Program-made: the position numbers and the translations under genes
Shown here: positions 12,906 through 27,450 of the stretch, in pieces
How positions within the stretch are numbered: the first letter of the stretch is position 1
Layout of the letters: each line of letters opens with the position of its first letter
The notes under the pieces: generated by a model
Database searches by the model: none
What the model was told of the DNA's origin: nothing
What the model saw: only the letters and a program-made list of their open reading frames with translations
Source: Laetmonice hystrix
Taxonomy: Eukaryota
Reading direction: 5' to 3'
Assembly: GCA_965235115.1 (NCBI GenBank)
Contig: OZ249436.1
Span: 13,764,001-13,828,000, forward strand
Length of the DNA stretch: 64,000 nucleotides

Positions 12906-13774
12906 AAGAATACATAGGAAGTATGAAGATGCTCCCAAGAAATGAAAGGATCTATATATTGACCAAAACATGACTTACGACGAGGGACTGGAAGGGTTGC
13001 AGGTCGTTCTACCCCCTGTGACCCTGGGGGCAGCGTAGGTTTTGTTTTATATGGGCACCAATTCCACGCTTGGATGTGTCTACATCAGCTCATCTAAATC
13101 ACTGTGGATTAACATAATTTTATTGGTGGCCGCCCACAGTCCACACAGAGGTCAGCAGTTTGTCACCCCAAAAACAAAATCAACAGCCTCGGAAGTTCTC
13201 GTGCATCGCACGTGTCAGCACGAGAGAGCATGCCAACGTGACAGCCGTGACCGCCAGATCCGTGACAGTCTTCCCAATCTCAGCCAACTGCAGGCAGCGG
13301 GCGAGGCACGACCGCGGCAGCGGAATTTCAAAAAGGATGACCGGCTGATTGATTTTATCGATAGGATTTTCTATTGATTGGACAGTGGTTTAGTCTCTGG
13401 GGTTAGGGATCGGTCGAGGTGGACAGCGGTGGTCACGTCTGTCAGGGGCTCGTCTTGTCACGTCCATAGTAACCGTGATGACAGTATCGAAATGTATGAT
13501 CGTGGCAAATTGAAAGGAACCCCCATTGGTGACGGTCCAGTGCCGGAGGGAGGTTGAATATGTGACAGATGAAATCGGACTTGGTTTTAAACAGTTGTGT
13601 TTTTGGTAGATATAAAGACAGGGTAGCTATAGGTCATGGGGGCGGTTCGGAAATCGGGAGCCTGTAGTGATGTTTGAAGGGTGAAATCATGGTAGCTACT
13701 CTACTCAACTCGATTCGAAAAGTGATTTATCACAGGACAATTTACTCAAGAGCTTTTCAATCTTCAACTATAAA

Positions 13775-13928
13775 NNNNNNNNNNNNNNNNNNNNNNNNNN
13801 NNNNNNNNNNNNNNNNNNNNNNNNNNNNNNNNNNNNNNNNNNNNNNNNNNNNNNNNNNNNNNNNNNNNNNNNNNNNNNNNNNNNNNNNNNNNNNNNNNNN
13901 NNNNNNNNNNNNNNNNNNNNNNNNNNNN
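13775..13928. other. Assembly gap (154 N)
   Basis: Run of N. Confidence 1.
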
Positions 13929-16498
13929 GTTTTTCATACGAATGAAGTTTGTTTCAAAAGCCACTTCTTGCATTCAGTAAAGCCGGTATGGGTGAACTGA
14001 CGGTCCGTAAGCGTGTGCGTTGTGTTTGCCAGTCGGGCATTGGTTCGGCCGGTTGACTCGCCGTTGTTCAGCTAGAGCACAAACCGTGGCTCTAGGAACT
14101 CTCTGTCTGGTTCTCCTGTCCAATTGTTCCGGCTTTCCTCCCTTGTCCGATTGTTGCTCCGCGGCACAACATCCCATCTTTCAAACTAACCTTACGACGG
14201 CAATTACAAGATTTGAAGAGGTGGACGGACCGTACATTACATGGACGCATGGCAAATGCACTTTGTTATTGACAGTACTGTCCTCTAGAGTTGTCCTCGT
14301 GAATGTCGACGATATTGACTGGTATAATGTAGGCGGGACGTGTGACAAATGGTCCGTGGACCTGACAAGAGGATGCAGCCTCGTGCGGTACGACCATCAG
14401 GTTAGACAGTGCCCCCAGAAGGTCGCACGTCGCAATCCGTCAATAGAACCGTGTTTTCGTTATAAGAACCTTTCACTGGTGGTCTCTATACGAGATGTCT
14501 GTCCAGACTAAATACGAGCGAGGGAGGGAGTCGGCGTCGACCCATTGCTATACATAGAAATCCAGGAAGACTTTTATTTTCCAGGCTTGCTCCCTCAATA
14601 ATGTGGACGAGTAACATGCCATCACAAAAGAATATCACGCAAATTGTGTGCTTTCTTGTAAAATTATCACGCACACAATTTCCATTTGATTATTTGATAT
14701 TATGAATATTGTTATGGGCTTCTCCCGTCTTTGTATTATGTCTAGTCCTCTACATGTACATGCGGAGGAACCCCCTAAAATCGCTGGAGTGGAATCTCAC
14801 AACGAGAACACAAACCTTTTAGGGGCCGTTTAGAAGATGACGGAGAAGGCCTCGATATGCAAATCACAACGCCCCGCTGGCTGCCTCGATTATCTGACCT
14901 TCCAAGACCGGAAGTTCTCCAAACCTAGCAGTATTTTTCCTTAGAACAACAAAACATGAATTCGAAGAGCGGTAATGTTTCAGCAGCGACAGCTGATGGG
15001 GGTATCCCACACGTTTCCTGGCACCTACACATGACCCAGTTCGAAGTGATTTTGAGAGGACTTATCAAGGCGCGTGGAAGACCAATCAAGCAGACGAAAT
15101 TGTGGAGGCAGTTTTGGGGCCCAAGGGAATTCACGATGCGAACAGCAAGTAGGGGAGATTGGTACAGCCATTCATTTACACGCGCCCCACACAATTAAAC
15201 CCTTACATCAGGTCCGTGCACCCCCACATCTGACTGAAATACCAATTTGTGCCACTGTGACTAAATCTATTATTTGTCGGTCGACTTGTCAAACTGACCA
15301 GAACGAATACCAATTATCCACATCATTATTTCTTTAAATGTGAAACTTTTCCCAGTCCTAGTGTTTAACACGGAATTTTGGCTCTTCGGAGAGCACGGAT
15401 TGGCTTTTCTCCTATCTGACGGTGTAAAGCGACTGTAAATATAAATTCTTACCGGCGACAACGGACTGATAGAAGTCTTTTCACTGCGTATGCAGTAAAA
15501 GAAGTTTGATTCGGTGCGCACCGTTTCATTCCAACTTGGCACCATATTCTGATAAGTAGACCATCTGGCCGTCCCATGATTCCCTACAACTGAATACTAC
15601 GTCACTTTATTGTGTACACCAGCATATTAAATAGAAAACAGGCGTATGTGCGCTCCCTTCCAATCCCTGCCATGGCCGGAACAACAGTCAGAACAACAAC
15701 ATGCCTATTACGTAATGGGGTGCGTTCAGAAATGCTGATTTCTGACGGAAAGGGACAATAATCTTAAGCCCTTTGTTTATCAGTCAGTTTCAGTGAAAGA
15801 CTACATCACTAAAACAGTAAAAGAAATTGCTTTTGTTATTTTCTCTCGAAATGCCTCTCTTTGAGGTCGAGTATTGAGAAAGTTTCTTTTTATAATATTT
15901 TCAGAAAACATGGGAAAACATGGGAAAAATAAAAACGGCTATTTCTGTCGCATCAAAAGAGTACTTAATGGCATGGCCGTTGAACTAATGACCATTGGCC
16001 AAGGAGAGGCCTACGACATAGCGGAGGGAGCATAACGCAAAGTTTGTACATCATTGAAGGAACTATTCCGCAGTTGTTCCATAATCATCCGATGGTCGTG
16101 GCTCACATTTAAGGCGTAGTGATGGCTGGCATCCCACTGCCGTCATGACTGTCTGACGATACTGTCTGAAAGGGTCACATAAGTAGATAGAGTGAGTTCC
16201 TGTAAACATAAAAGCCAAATCCATTGACGGCAGCGCTGCTCTTGTCTCCGCTGAAGTCTCCGTGGCTCTGAAAACAGTTATTTATGTTCACTTCTTACGA
16301 GTTTGCCGCGAGGTGGGGTTCTGTAATCTAACAGAGTAATGAACGGAATGCATCAGCCTGCTAAAAGTGAACTGAAAGATATGCTAGTATTACATAGTCA
16401 TAGCGCCGTCATAGCCGACCTTTTTCACTGTGTATTCTATCTCGGTCCTACAACGAGGCTGTAGGTAATGTCACGAGAATGTACGTATTTAACGCACT

Positions 16499-16965
16499 GA
16501 TACAAGTCATTTCAAGATAGCAATAAAAGATATGTCCGATGATACAAGTCATTCCAAGATAGCAATAAAAGATATGTCCGATGATACAAGTCATTCCAAG
16601 ATAGCAATAAAAGATATGTCCGATGATACAAGTCATTCCAAGATAGCAATAAAAGATATGTCCGATGATACAAGTCATTCCAAGATAGCAATAAAAGATA
16701 TGTCCGATGATACAAGTCATTCCAAGATAGCAATAAAAGATATGTCCGATGATACAAGTCATTCCAAGATAGCAATAAAAGATATGTCCGATGATACAAG
16801 TCATTCCAAGATAGCAATAAAAGATATGTCCGATGATACAAGTCATTCCAAGATAGCAATAAAAGATATGTCCGATGATACAAGTCATTCCAAGATAGCA
16901 ATAAAAGATATGTCCGATGATACAAGTCATTCCAAGATAGCAATAAAAGATATGTCCGATGATAC
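16499..16965. repeat. 42-bp minisatellite, 11 near-identical copies
   Basis: Unit GATACAAGTCATTCCAAGATAGCAATAAAAGATATGTCCGAT. It explains the repetitive ORFs 16448-17152, 16512-16973 and 16532-16978. Confidence 0.98.
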
Positions 16966-17684
16966 TTATACACAATAATGGTATTTGGAAATACAGAAAG
17001 GTAGAGGAAATCATTAGAAAGTGCTGTGGGTCATTGGAATAACTGCGAATAGACACACGGTGAACAAAATAGTTTTTTTTGCCAATGAAGGACCCACCAG
17101 TCGAGGCAATAGGAATACCAAAAAAACATCGAAACAAAAAATATACTGCCACTGGAGTCCTACCAGTAATTTATTCTTTTTTATCCCTTCCTGGAAATCT
17201 ATGGAAAGTAGTGATGAAAAAATGAGAGCCTATGTTGATCGATAAGTGACATTTTTCATGACGCTCTATAATGAATTGAGTCAGCGATTACCATGTGAGG
17301 AAAAGCAATGCCGCTGTGGATTGAAATATGACGTGGGTAACTCCCAGAGGATGTCACAGCCATGCAAGGATCTAATTTATTTGTTTAATGTTACTCGGGA
17401 GGGCTTGTAAAGATGACTGGTTTGGTGGTCTCACCGGTCAAAGCTATTTACTCGAGCAGGGTTTACTGCACTTACCCAGAGTTTTCTCCTCCCAGTATTA
17501 CACCCAAGTGGAGGTTTAGTCATTACTACCCCCCCCCCCCTTAAAGGCGAAGGTTAAAACATTTTCCATAAAACATATGGCGAATAACTATTCGTTGTGT
17601 TTAGAAATTAGTATCAATGATAACGTGTTGTAATTCAGTAGAAACTATCACAATGATGACGCAGAGGTAATAATATTTGTCCCC

Positions 17685-17717
17685 TTCTCTCTGTCTCCCT
17701 CTGTCTCTCTGTCTCTG

Positions 17718-17774
<57 letters not shown>

Positions 17775-17775
17775 G
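17685..17775. repeat. (CTGTCT)n/(CT)n microsatellite
   Basis: Direct sequence. Confidence 0.95.
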
Positions 17776-18777
17776 TGTCGTTCTCTTTGTAAGGTTGTTC
17801 CGAATTATTCCTCACTGAACATAAGTTCTCTTGATTGTGCACATGGGTGGAAATGTCTCCCAAATCATGTTCAACCGGCGAATGTTGACTTTAAGCGAAG
17901 GTCCTATCAAGGACATCACCCGCTCCACGAACCGTTCGCCCCTTGGGTCCCATAAGCAATGGTGCGTTTGCCACTGTAATCTGCGCTCTAATAGGAAGAA
18001 CGCTTGAAAGCAATAAAAACGAGGTCGTTCAGCTGAGCCATGAAGATAGTTATCCTTTGTGGTCTCCCTGGTCTGAGTTAGACCGGGTGATGGTGAGGGA
18101 ACGGCACCGGCACCCAGAGGTATTCTCTCATCAGGCAAAATCTTAGAGGGAAAAACTCGAAAAGCCAAGAGAATCGACCCCACGAGTCTAACGGTGCCCA
18201 TCTATTATCTGACTTTCCTTCGAGGTAGTTCGGTATCTAGAACCGGATTGGCCTTCTAGATCTCTATGTGGTGGTTCAAGACAGAAGTCAGGTGGGAAGA
18301 ATTTTGATCGACTGCCTTGCATTTTGCCAGAGGATATCACGCTTCAGGAGAAACAGAACATGAATGATTCCTATTTCAATACGAACACTGAAATTAAGCA
18401 AACTTAGATCAGTGTTTGCATGATTACACGATGAACCGATCTTTAAGAAGGCGAGGTTGACGAATTCTAAAGACGATGTGCAATCGTCTTCCACAGGTTG
18501 CACCACAGCTCCAAATGATCTTAATCGGCGTTGGATTGCTTCCTGCGTTTTCACCGAGGGCTTTCATCCCTTAGCACTCTCACAGTACTACCGGAACATA
18601 TACCGTAGTAGATACTCTGTGAGGCAGTTCTATATATAGTGACAAGAAACTGTGAGAGATACATTGAAACTATATGTGAAAGTGTCATCATGTATGTCCT
18701 TAAAACATTGTCAAGGACTTGATGTGTCCTTGTCATGTTAAGTTGTAAGAAATGAAGACGGGCAGTTAGAGAAACAC

Positions 18778-18842
18778 GCAGGCAGACAGACAGACAGACA
18801 GACAGGCAGACAGGCAGACAGACAGACAGACAGACAGACAGC
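18778..18842. repeat. (CAGA)n microsatellite with CAGG variants
   Basis: Direct sequence. Confidence 0.95.
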
Positions 18843-21037
18843 CATAGAACGCCACTTTTATTCCCGTATTGTTCTGTTTTCCGTGGATAGTTTTTTTAGT
18901 ACTTCGTGTCTAGAGAAGAACATTGTTGGCCGTCCGATTCAGTCGACGTCGTGGGCAGGTGCCATTCTCTAGCCACACCCAAAGGTCGAACCAAATAGTG
19001 ATATCTGTGGAACAATGAAGCGTAAACTAGTAAACGGCGAGCAAGGATAAATCAATACAGGACAACAGTACTGCATAGTTGCCGTTGTCTTGGTGAGTAG
19101 CCATCAGTCGTGCAGTTTGTGCTGCTCTCTGTCAAGGTTTATGGACAGAGCCGACGCCAAAATGTAGAGAAACCGACCAACTCGTTTTGCTATTCGTCAT
19201 ATCCGACAATTGTATTCAACAGGCAGTTGAATAATTTCTACGGTTTCAATGGCGGCCATATTTAATGGGATTATTTTGTTTGTGTATTTATAAACGAGAT
19301 CTCCTATTTGGTGAAAGCTATATAGTACTTTCAAAGATTTGAGTGCTGTGCATTTCATCGCATTTCATGCTCATGTTGGAGATAGATACGTAACTGGAGT
19401 GCCCGCAGCTAGGAGTGAGGCATCAGTGGAGAGTTCGTGCACCCATCGTGTCTGATAACACGTGGTTTGATCGTATACCTTGCTGCTGTGTCTGCTCCGC
19501 CGCTTCGCGTCATTTCCTCACCCCCTCTGGGGTCACTGTGGGAGGCTAGGGCCAAAGGCCACTTCATTCCCCGCGGCCCCGTCAGATTCTGTCCTCCTTG
19601 CCCTCCCAGCACCAATGATACACCGATTCATCTAAAGTGTTGACGTTTCTATAAAGTGATAGCAGTGCCACTCCCTTTGGCCACTACATATTTCTAGAAC
19701 GGAAAGTTCTTGGAACTTTCTTGGTGTTTCTGTCCTGGTAATATTTCGAGATACCTCATACATGTATCATATCCTATAGAGAACATGGTAGCCTGTTGAA
19801 CCCAGTACTAGTGGAGGAAGAATGTGAACAATTTACAGGATATTGCAGGCCGCCTTTACTTTTTATCTTTATTTCACGATGCTGTCCAGCCTTAATGTTC
19901 TCTTGTCCAATACCGTGCAGCCTGATGTATTCAATGATATTTCTGGCAATCTATTCAGTCTGAGGAAAGGTAACTTTATTATCCCTTACGTTAATGTACA
20001 GACGTCCAACCAGCCCCCACATCATTCTGTGGCGCCCGCTGATTTCTTCCTCCCAATAGCCCATATTATGATTGACTTAGCATTTGAGGCTTTTGTGGTA
20101 AGTCGATTTGGCAACATACCATTAGGTCACAACCTCTCCATACACAACTAACGATGGGTATTAGGGCTCTCGACCACGCTAAGCTCTCCTGAAAGCATTA
20201 ACATGCACTTCACATTGACAACTTATATTTGGCTCTGCATCGGCCCAAAATGGATATGTTCATAATACCGATGGTAGTGCCCTTGGTATGTTCATTCACG
20301 TGTAGAAAATGCGGCACATTGCCTCAGCATTAGACACAGCCCTAGGCGGGTCTGTGGTCGTGCAGCATGTTTACAGACTGGCAACGCTGCTATAGAATTA
20401 GTGCTGATATTGAATCCCTAACAGTGAACCATACCCTGGCTGCTTTTCCTACAGTGAAATAACAGAAGGGAGCACAGAATGAGGACGTCCCCTTTGATAT
20501 ATTTGGCAAGTCTTGGTGTGGTAAAGATTGAGAGTTTATTTTAGAACCCAATTATTAATGTTATCACTGGTTTTAAGTTTAAACCGGCAATATGTTTTCC
20601 CTTTGCATGGTGAGTATCCAGAGCTTATTTTGGCGGTTGAAGTTTCTATCATATTGGAACTGGCTTTGTTTGAAAACCAAAATAAAATCATACGAATTTG
20701 GCAGCTCCCAGCTTTATGCCAAGGAGGTTACGTCTAGCCGACGTCTCGGAGACCCAATGCAAGCAGTTGTTTGTAGACGCTGTTCCCGTCTTCGCCGCAG
20801 TTCAGCCCATCTGAAAGGAGGTGAAAGATTGGCTGCCATCTTGTTTGCGAACAATGCCCACGAGCTGCTGTGGTTGAGGATTTTATTGCTGGTAATGTTT
20901 AGATGTATGATGAGAAAGTGCCTCCATTGTGCGTCTTCATAGAACCCCAGCTTTGCACATCTCTCACGAGAGATCACGTTAGCAGCATTGCGTGACGGAG
21001 TTAAATTGCGCTGGTAATGGTGCCGTTCGCACATGTC

Positions 21038-21051
21038 CCACTAGGGGGCAC
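21038..21051 (+). promoter_or_regulatory. CTCF-consensus-like motif CCACTAGGGGGCAC
   Basis: Close match to the bilaterian CTCF core CCACYAGRKGGCRC. Occupancy is unknown. Confidence 0.3.
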
Positions 21052-21193
21052 TGTTTTGGCTTCATCTGCCAACGCCAACACTATATTATATCAATCGTGC
21101 ACATTCTGAGTGATGTTTTATAACATTCGTTTTGTTTCCTCATTTTCGTAAATTGGCCATATCAATAACACAACATAAATATAGATTCTTATT

Positions 21194-21273
21194 CACAGCT
21201 GCTTCCGTTACACCCGCAAGACGCACCTACTTGTCACAGCTGCCTCCGTTACACCCGCAAGACGCACCTACTT
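21194..21273. repeat. 41-bp tandem duplication (2 copies)
   Basis: CACAGCTGC(T/C)TCCGTTACACCCGCAAGACGCACCTACTT repeated twice. Confidence 0.9.
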
Positions 21274-24200
21274 TTCTGTGTCGACCATTTTTGCGCACGA
21301 TGAACGATTATCACGTTCGGTGTCCATGAGCTAGAAATAGACATTTTTCTTTCATCTTTGAGGATTACCTGACGTGACTTGACTTGAATTATCAGGATAA
21401 TTAGAGGTTGATGGAGTCAAATTCTATGGGACAGTAAGGTCGTTAATTAGGCAGTGCCACTGTGGTACTCGAACCTGTAAAACCCATGCTAATGCTAGTG
21501 TTGTACAAGTAGTTCTCGGATATGACCATAAATCAAAAATTTATATTTTGTTGAGATCTTTCTTAAAACAATGACGAATTCGACGCCTTTAATTATTCAA
21601 CTCCGAACAAGGATTCAAATTAATTCGTCAAGTTATAATAATTGAAATATGGTATAGATTCGAAGGCCTCTATCCCTGAATATCAGACAGACTGTGTGTT
21701 AACGTAATTAACCATGGAAGCCATCACTCCCGTCTTGGAGAGAGCTAAAGAGAGCTATGTGTTATCTGTTATCAGTTCTAAACGTGTCATTATCATCCAC
21801 CTGCACGAATGCGATCAGAATGAATACAATCTTTCCCATAGTTCAGTGGACAGTGATAGCTCACAATACATGTTGGCATCTTGTCTCGTCATCCTGACGA
21901 TCAGGCTTGAAAACGTAAACGTCGAAGGAGCTGCACACAAATGCCTTTCACCATTGAAGGTAGCCAACTCCATAGAACATTGGTGTCTCTACCTCATGGC
22001 CCCCTATATATCTTACTGTTGGAAGCTGTGGGCCTTGATCTTTGCCGCGGTGGAGAGATCAGACCCCAGGAATCTTACTTCAGGAAATTAGGAGAGGCCA
22101 CTTGAATATCACAATATGCAAACACATTTAATCCTACCCCCTTCCAGCTAAGACTGGGGAACAGCCATATCCCTCCACGTGCTGAGAGTGAATTAAGGAC
22201 TTGAAATGAATTGACGGATAACCCATTTTGCCATTGTTGGCTTTCTACTTGGATGCCAACCAGCCCGACCCAATACTAAGTCTTCTAATTTGATAAGCTA
22301 TGTGTAGTGAATATTGCGTTAGGCGTTTCCATTACACGCTGTACCAACTGCCCTGTCGCTTTAACCCAATCGAACCTTGATTACTAGAAGGCGTGTGGAA
22401 GCAAGTTACTCTTTGTGTTTTGTTTGGGTGCTGCTAGCAAGGAAGGAGAAACCCTAATAACATGCACTGGAAGAGGTAAAGTAAGCTTCTCAATATTATC
22501 TCACACAATATTGAATCTAAGTTAGGTTAAACATCGAGCTTAGACACGCTGCTTTCTTTAAGTCTCAAATCAACTCTATATATTTTGTGTATCTCACGAA
22601 CAAATAAATCATTAGAGACGTTTTCTTGACAATGCAGTGCACAGAAATAGCCCCACAATCGATGGCAGTGATATTTTCTCGTGTAATGCCACCGTTACGA
22701 GGCATACCGTCAGTATATTGACTGACTGGTCACTCGGAAGGCCCTGTTTACTTTCGGATCAAACAGGTAAAACCTCGGCGGATGAGACATACCAGGTGTT
22801 ATGTTTCGTGCCTTGGTGTCGTGGGAGAGAAATGATGTGACTTGAAGAAGCTACCAGGTTTTTTTGAAGGGACACCGCTAGTCTGGGGGAGCGGATGTGA
22901 CAAGCGCTGGTTTAATAGATCCTTCTTGGTGAAGAAGTACGGAGAAGACTACACCCAGGATGCTTGTAGGGAGGGGAAGAGGTGCTGCACTAACAATACG
23001 TCTTAGCACTAGCCTTTTAACCTGTCACTTTGTGCCACCATTATCCGCGCCAGGAAGACTATCTGTTTGTAGCAGCTGCCGGATTAGCCCCTCTACTGAC
23101 AGATCAGGGGACGAGCAACTCGGAGTAGGAGATACGAGCGGCTCTCGAAAGGAGAGCTCCACTGTCCCAACGTACCGTGGCGGCACACTTGTTGGTACTT
23201 GAGTAGGAAGGAGCCAGCTGTGGTGTCTTTGAAACGTGTTGATCAGCTCAGGCCTCGGGGTGAGGCACCACGTATCTGATCATTCTACCAGGAAGAGTGG
23301 AGGCGGGGATGATGATAATATTTAAAAGAGACTTCCAGAATGAATATCGCTATTTACGCAATTGACTCTCTTCCTTACCTATTTATGTTGCGGTACAAGA
23401 GGGCTAAGACGCAAATGTAATTTGTGAATTCTTCCGTGGGCAAAGTATTCTTTCTAAGGCCTGCATAATTATTGCCGTATGGTAGCTTCTCAGTGGCTAA
23501 CACAGTAGCTGCGGAACAGATAATACTAACCCCCCACTTACCTGTCCTATAATTCCCGAAAATGGCCGAAAAATGTCTGAGTCCGAAAAGGTACTACATT
23601 GGTTGGGGGTAACAATTATAGCGCACTATTGCGACCTGGTGGTATTTAAGCGTTTATTCAATGGGATAACCGACATGCACTGTGCACCGACATGCTGTGT
23701 TCGTTTTTGGGGTGTTTTTTGGTGAAAGCGCGTGTTGGAGCGTGCTGTCTGGCGATGGGCGATGAGGATCGTGGGTGCGGCCACTCCCATCTCATTGTGC
23801 TGTTAGTTTGCCTTGCATAGTGTCGAAAATGTCAGCAAAGACGCCCCAAAGGTCAAATCGGCGGGAAAGGGGTCGGCAAGGAGGAGGTGTAGATACCGGG
23901 GAGACTGGTCCAAACACACACCGGGGAGTCGTGGACCATCTGGCGGCGGGTGGGTGGTGGGGCAGTCGACTTCAGTTGTACAAACATGTCGGGGCAAGCA
24001 AACTTTTTAACCTCAACAGAGAAACACAGAGAATAAAAGCTCGCATAGTGTTCGTGAAGCCACAACATAGGCTGCAGACGTCTCAGAGCGGATATTTTCC
24101 TGTGTGTCTCGAAATGTCAACAAAGATTAATATGTAAAGTAAAGGAAATGATCAACGATCAAATTGGTCTTACATTAGCTGTTTCTTCCTTTTGCCTTGC

Positions 24201-24288
24201 TTTTTCTATTCTTCTACGTGGGTTGGGGGGGGGGGAGCAGGAAATGTGAAATATGATCAGTCTTGTTGGGGTGTAAATTTAGAGCGGA

Positions 24289-24314
24289 CGTCTGGGACCC
24301 GCGGGTCCCAGACG
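24289..24314. other. Perfect 26-bp GC-rich palindrome
   Basis: CGTCTGGGACCCGCGGGTCCCAGACG equals its own reverse complement. Confidence 0.95.
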
Positions 24315-25834
24315 ATGGGTCCTCGTGTGATACGATACCCGTGAAGTAGAAACCAAAATGATGGTTGGAAGGTCCGCCTGTCACATTGATTCACGCCGAG
24401 GGCCGATATCGTATCTCATACGCCATCAGCCATACTGAGTGTGGAAATAAGTCTTCCTAGAGCCATGAGATCATAACTGATGGCCACCGCTGTGCTCCCA
24501 ATGAACTATTCTAAAAATCGCTATAGGAATCAGACCTAATGCCAACAGATTTTGCACCCGACTATTCCGTCTTACAACACTTGCTGTGGCATCCTCATCG
24601 GTGAACCGATTAATAAGTGGATTTGGGAACATGGCCCGCCGACATGCCGCAAACACCTGTTCACTAATTCCTCCGTAAAATGGTCCGACCGCCTTTTCTA
24701 TACGTTGACTTCGTTGGAGAATAGCTTCTTGTCCAGCAAGGGCGCGGCCAGCTTCTTCCGCGAATGGGCCACACGTGAAACGCACTCAGACAGAAAACCG
24801 GATTTGACAGTGTTTTTGCCTCATCCGTCTTCGTCTTTTGAAAGCGGAAAGTTTGGGGGGCACCACATGTTGTTTCGGAAGTCGGGAATGATTGGGCAAA
24901 GAACGGATTGGCACTGGATGGGACCACATTAGACTGTCGGTCAGGCGTGGCTAATACACTTTGGCTGTGATGGGTTCACCAGGCAGTTGTCTCCGGCCCA
25001 CCGCCAGAACGAGCAAACATAATTAGGGGGTTGGTGATCTGAAGGGACTCTCTTACATTAAGTCTATCATTATCATCAACCTTGCATAACACATCCACTA
25101 ATCCATTACGTAATGTCACCGTCCGGGAAATAAAGTGGATTCGTATTAGATCCCAGATAGACTCCGATTGCAGATAGTTGGGCGGTTTGTATTTGCTGAT
25201 ATGAGGGGAGTACTGTAGTAAAGTCAATATAATTTAAAACAACGATAAAAACAACAGTTGGGCACTCACGTGAAGTGATTTATCTATACTCGCTAAAGCG
25301 CCTCGGGTGAGTTCAAGTGTGACGAATTGTTATTTTATTCATTCGAAATGGACCAACATTCCGACGGTGGATCGCTATAAAACTTTTGGTATGAGTGGCG
25401 GTATAGTATCCTGTATACTTTGTTTATTTGACCTATTTCAAGAAGTGATTAGTCCATAATAATCTGTGTAAGTATCTAAGACATAATCTGGTTTGCCAGT
25501 GGCTACGATATTTACGTTCCCTGAAGATGTTTGTTTAGAGTGGTTTTATCTTCTAAGTGTCTTCTTGCGATGAATGATAGAAGTAGATGCACTAGTATGC
25601 CCTGTGAGTATTCATGTCTTCGCATGAAGTAGCTTTGTCTATCTGTATGGCCGGTGGCCTCGGGCGTATAATGGGAATATTTGGTTAAGCTAATTATAAC
25701 CTTATGTGTACACATGAACATTCTCTCACAATTCTGGCTCCGTCGAGGACAGATGTGGGGTTTCTCGAGCTGAAGATAAGCCATTTACTCTCCTACTGAT
25801 AGCTTCGATCATTGTGAGATGACAGAAAGATGAT

Positions 25835-26145
25835 ATCTTCTGTACGTAATGCGATAGAGAGACAGAGAGAGACAGATCTTCTGTACGTAATGCGATAGAG
25901 AGACAGAGAGACAGATCTTCTGTACGTAATGCGGTAGAGAGACAGAGAGACAGATCTTCTGTACGTAATGCGGTAGAGAGACAGAGAGACAGATCTTCTG
26001 TACGTAATGCGGTAGAGAAACAGAGAGAGACAGATCTTCTGTACGTAATGCGGTAGAGAGACAGAGAGAGACATCCTCTGTACGTAATGCGATAGAGAGA
26101 CAGACAGAGACAGAGACAGAGACAGACATGCAGAGAGAGACAGGG
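25835..26145. repeat. 39-41-bp minisatellite (~7 copies) with an embedded GA tract, decaying into (GACAGA)n
   Basis: Unit ATCTTCTGTACGTAATGCG(G/A)TAGAGAGACAGAGAGACAG, with length varying by GA units. Confidence 0.95.
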
Positions 26146-26684
26146 AGGTATATATTCAAAAACATGGGTTAGCATTGTTCATGACAATATTTTATTTTCT
26201 CTACTTTTTCCTGTAGTTCTAGTCACCATCTCATGTAATGTCAATGGGTTATATAAGAATATTCATTGCATTATAACATAGAAATAATGCAATAATACAT
26301 AATAATCTAAGGTATTATGACTGGTTGCATTACACATTACACAAGTTATAGTTCGCAGTGTGGCATTATCGTTCATTTGCCGCTGTAAATCCCGTGTTCT
26401 AGATGACAATATTACTTATACTCTTTCCACTACCGAACGGTTCCTGTTGATGTGACAGGACAGTACAGTCACCCTTTCTCATGTGCTTTTTGTCCAGTGA
26501 ACCCATTCTGCCAGTACAGCAGTATAACCAATAGACATTTTGCAGTACCATAGCCTGAATTTAAGCAGTTGCGTTTGTACTGGTTGGGTCCATGTACCAA
26601 CAGGATGATAGAAAATGATCATTTTCATATACTACTTAATTGTAAAACTCGACGTGGGAGTCGCGGAGTGTGACCGATATGATG

Positions 26685-26686
<2 letters not shown>

Positions 26687-26726
<40 letters not shown>
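26687..26726. repeat. (GA)20 microsatellite
   Basis: Direct sequence. Confidence 0.97.
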
Positions 26727-26728
<2 letters not shown>

Positions 26729-27450
26729 CAGGCGGGGGGAGAGGGTAGCCTATCATAAATTATATAGTCCCTGCGCCTTCTCGTCACCCTTCATCAGCAG
26801 GGTGCCGCTATTCTAATCGAATACAACCCATGATAATATCGATCGAATTTGAGGAAACAATATAGCGTGAAATCGGGGAGAACCCCTTTGATACTTCCAT
26901 GTACGGTAGGCCTTTAAACCCCTATTGTTCACCCTTTTTAGCCGTCACATCAGCGTACAAATTGCGATTGCGAATTAGGTCACAGAGGCGTGCTAGAAAA
27001 GGAGGATAGACTTATAATTCTCTGACAGGGAGCGACAGGAACAAGTTCATTAATTTGTTTCCTGATGTGCCGACCTGAGCGTAAAAATACTCGCTTTCAA
27101 AAACATTGGCGTCTTAAAGAGGCAAGTAGTGGGGAAGACTTTCAGCGGCTAAAACTATAAATACAGTTGGGGATGATGTATGCTTGGGTGTTCACATCAC
27201 CCTTAAGTCAAGACATCGAACATTTTAGAGTACGTAGGCCTATAATACTACCGAAGATGGTCTCTGCAATCATTCTTGTGAGGGCAGTGCTACTCACTGA
27301 GCAACCCTATTATCGTTCGTGCCACGTGTCTAGGAAAAACTAGCCTCGAGGATCTATAGCTGTGGAGACGTGCCTCTCGTGGGGGTCGTTTGTCACGAAG
27401 TGGCAAGACGAGGAAAGGAAGAGGGAATTATTAGCGCCCGGCGAGTGAGT

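Noticed and set aside
13674-14000. ORFs spanning N runs (also 47457-47819)
   Set aside because: These are artefacts of translating assembly gaps
16040-16150. Dystrophin-like string HDHRMIMEQLRNSSFNDVQTLRYAPSAM (minus strand)
   Set aside because: The register is off by one, it is flanked by stops, and similarity is too low
16448-17152. 234-aa, 153-aa and 148-aa repetitive ORFs
   Set aside because: These are products of a 42-bp unit that is open in several frames on both strands, with no splice or domain support
24471-24932. Overlapping 87-126-aa ORFs in a GC-rich patch
   Set aside because: There is no recognisable motif or splice structure, so it is probably a decayed TE
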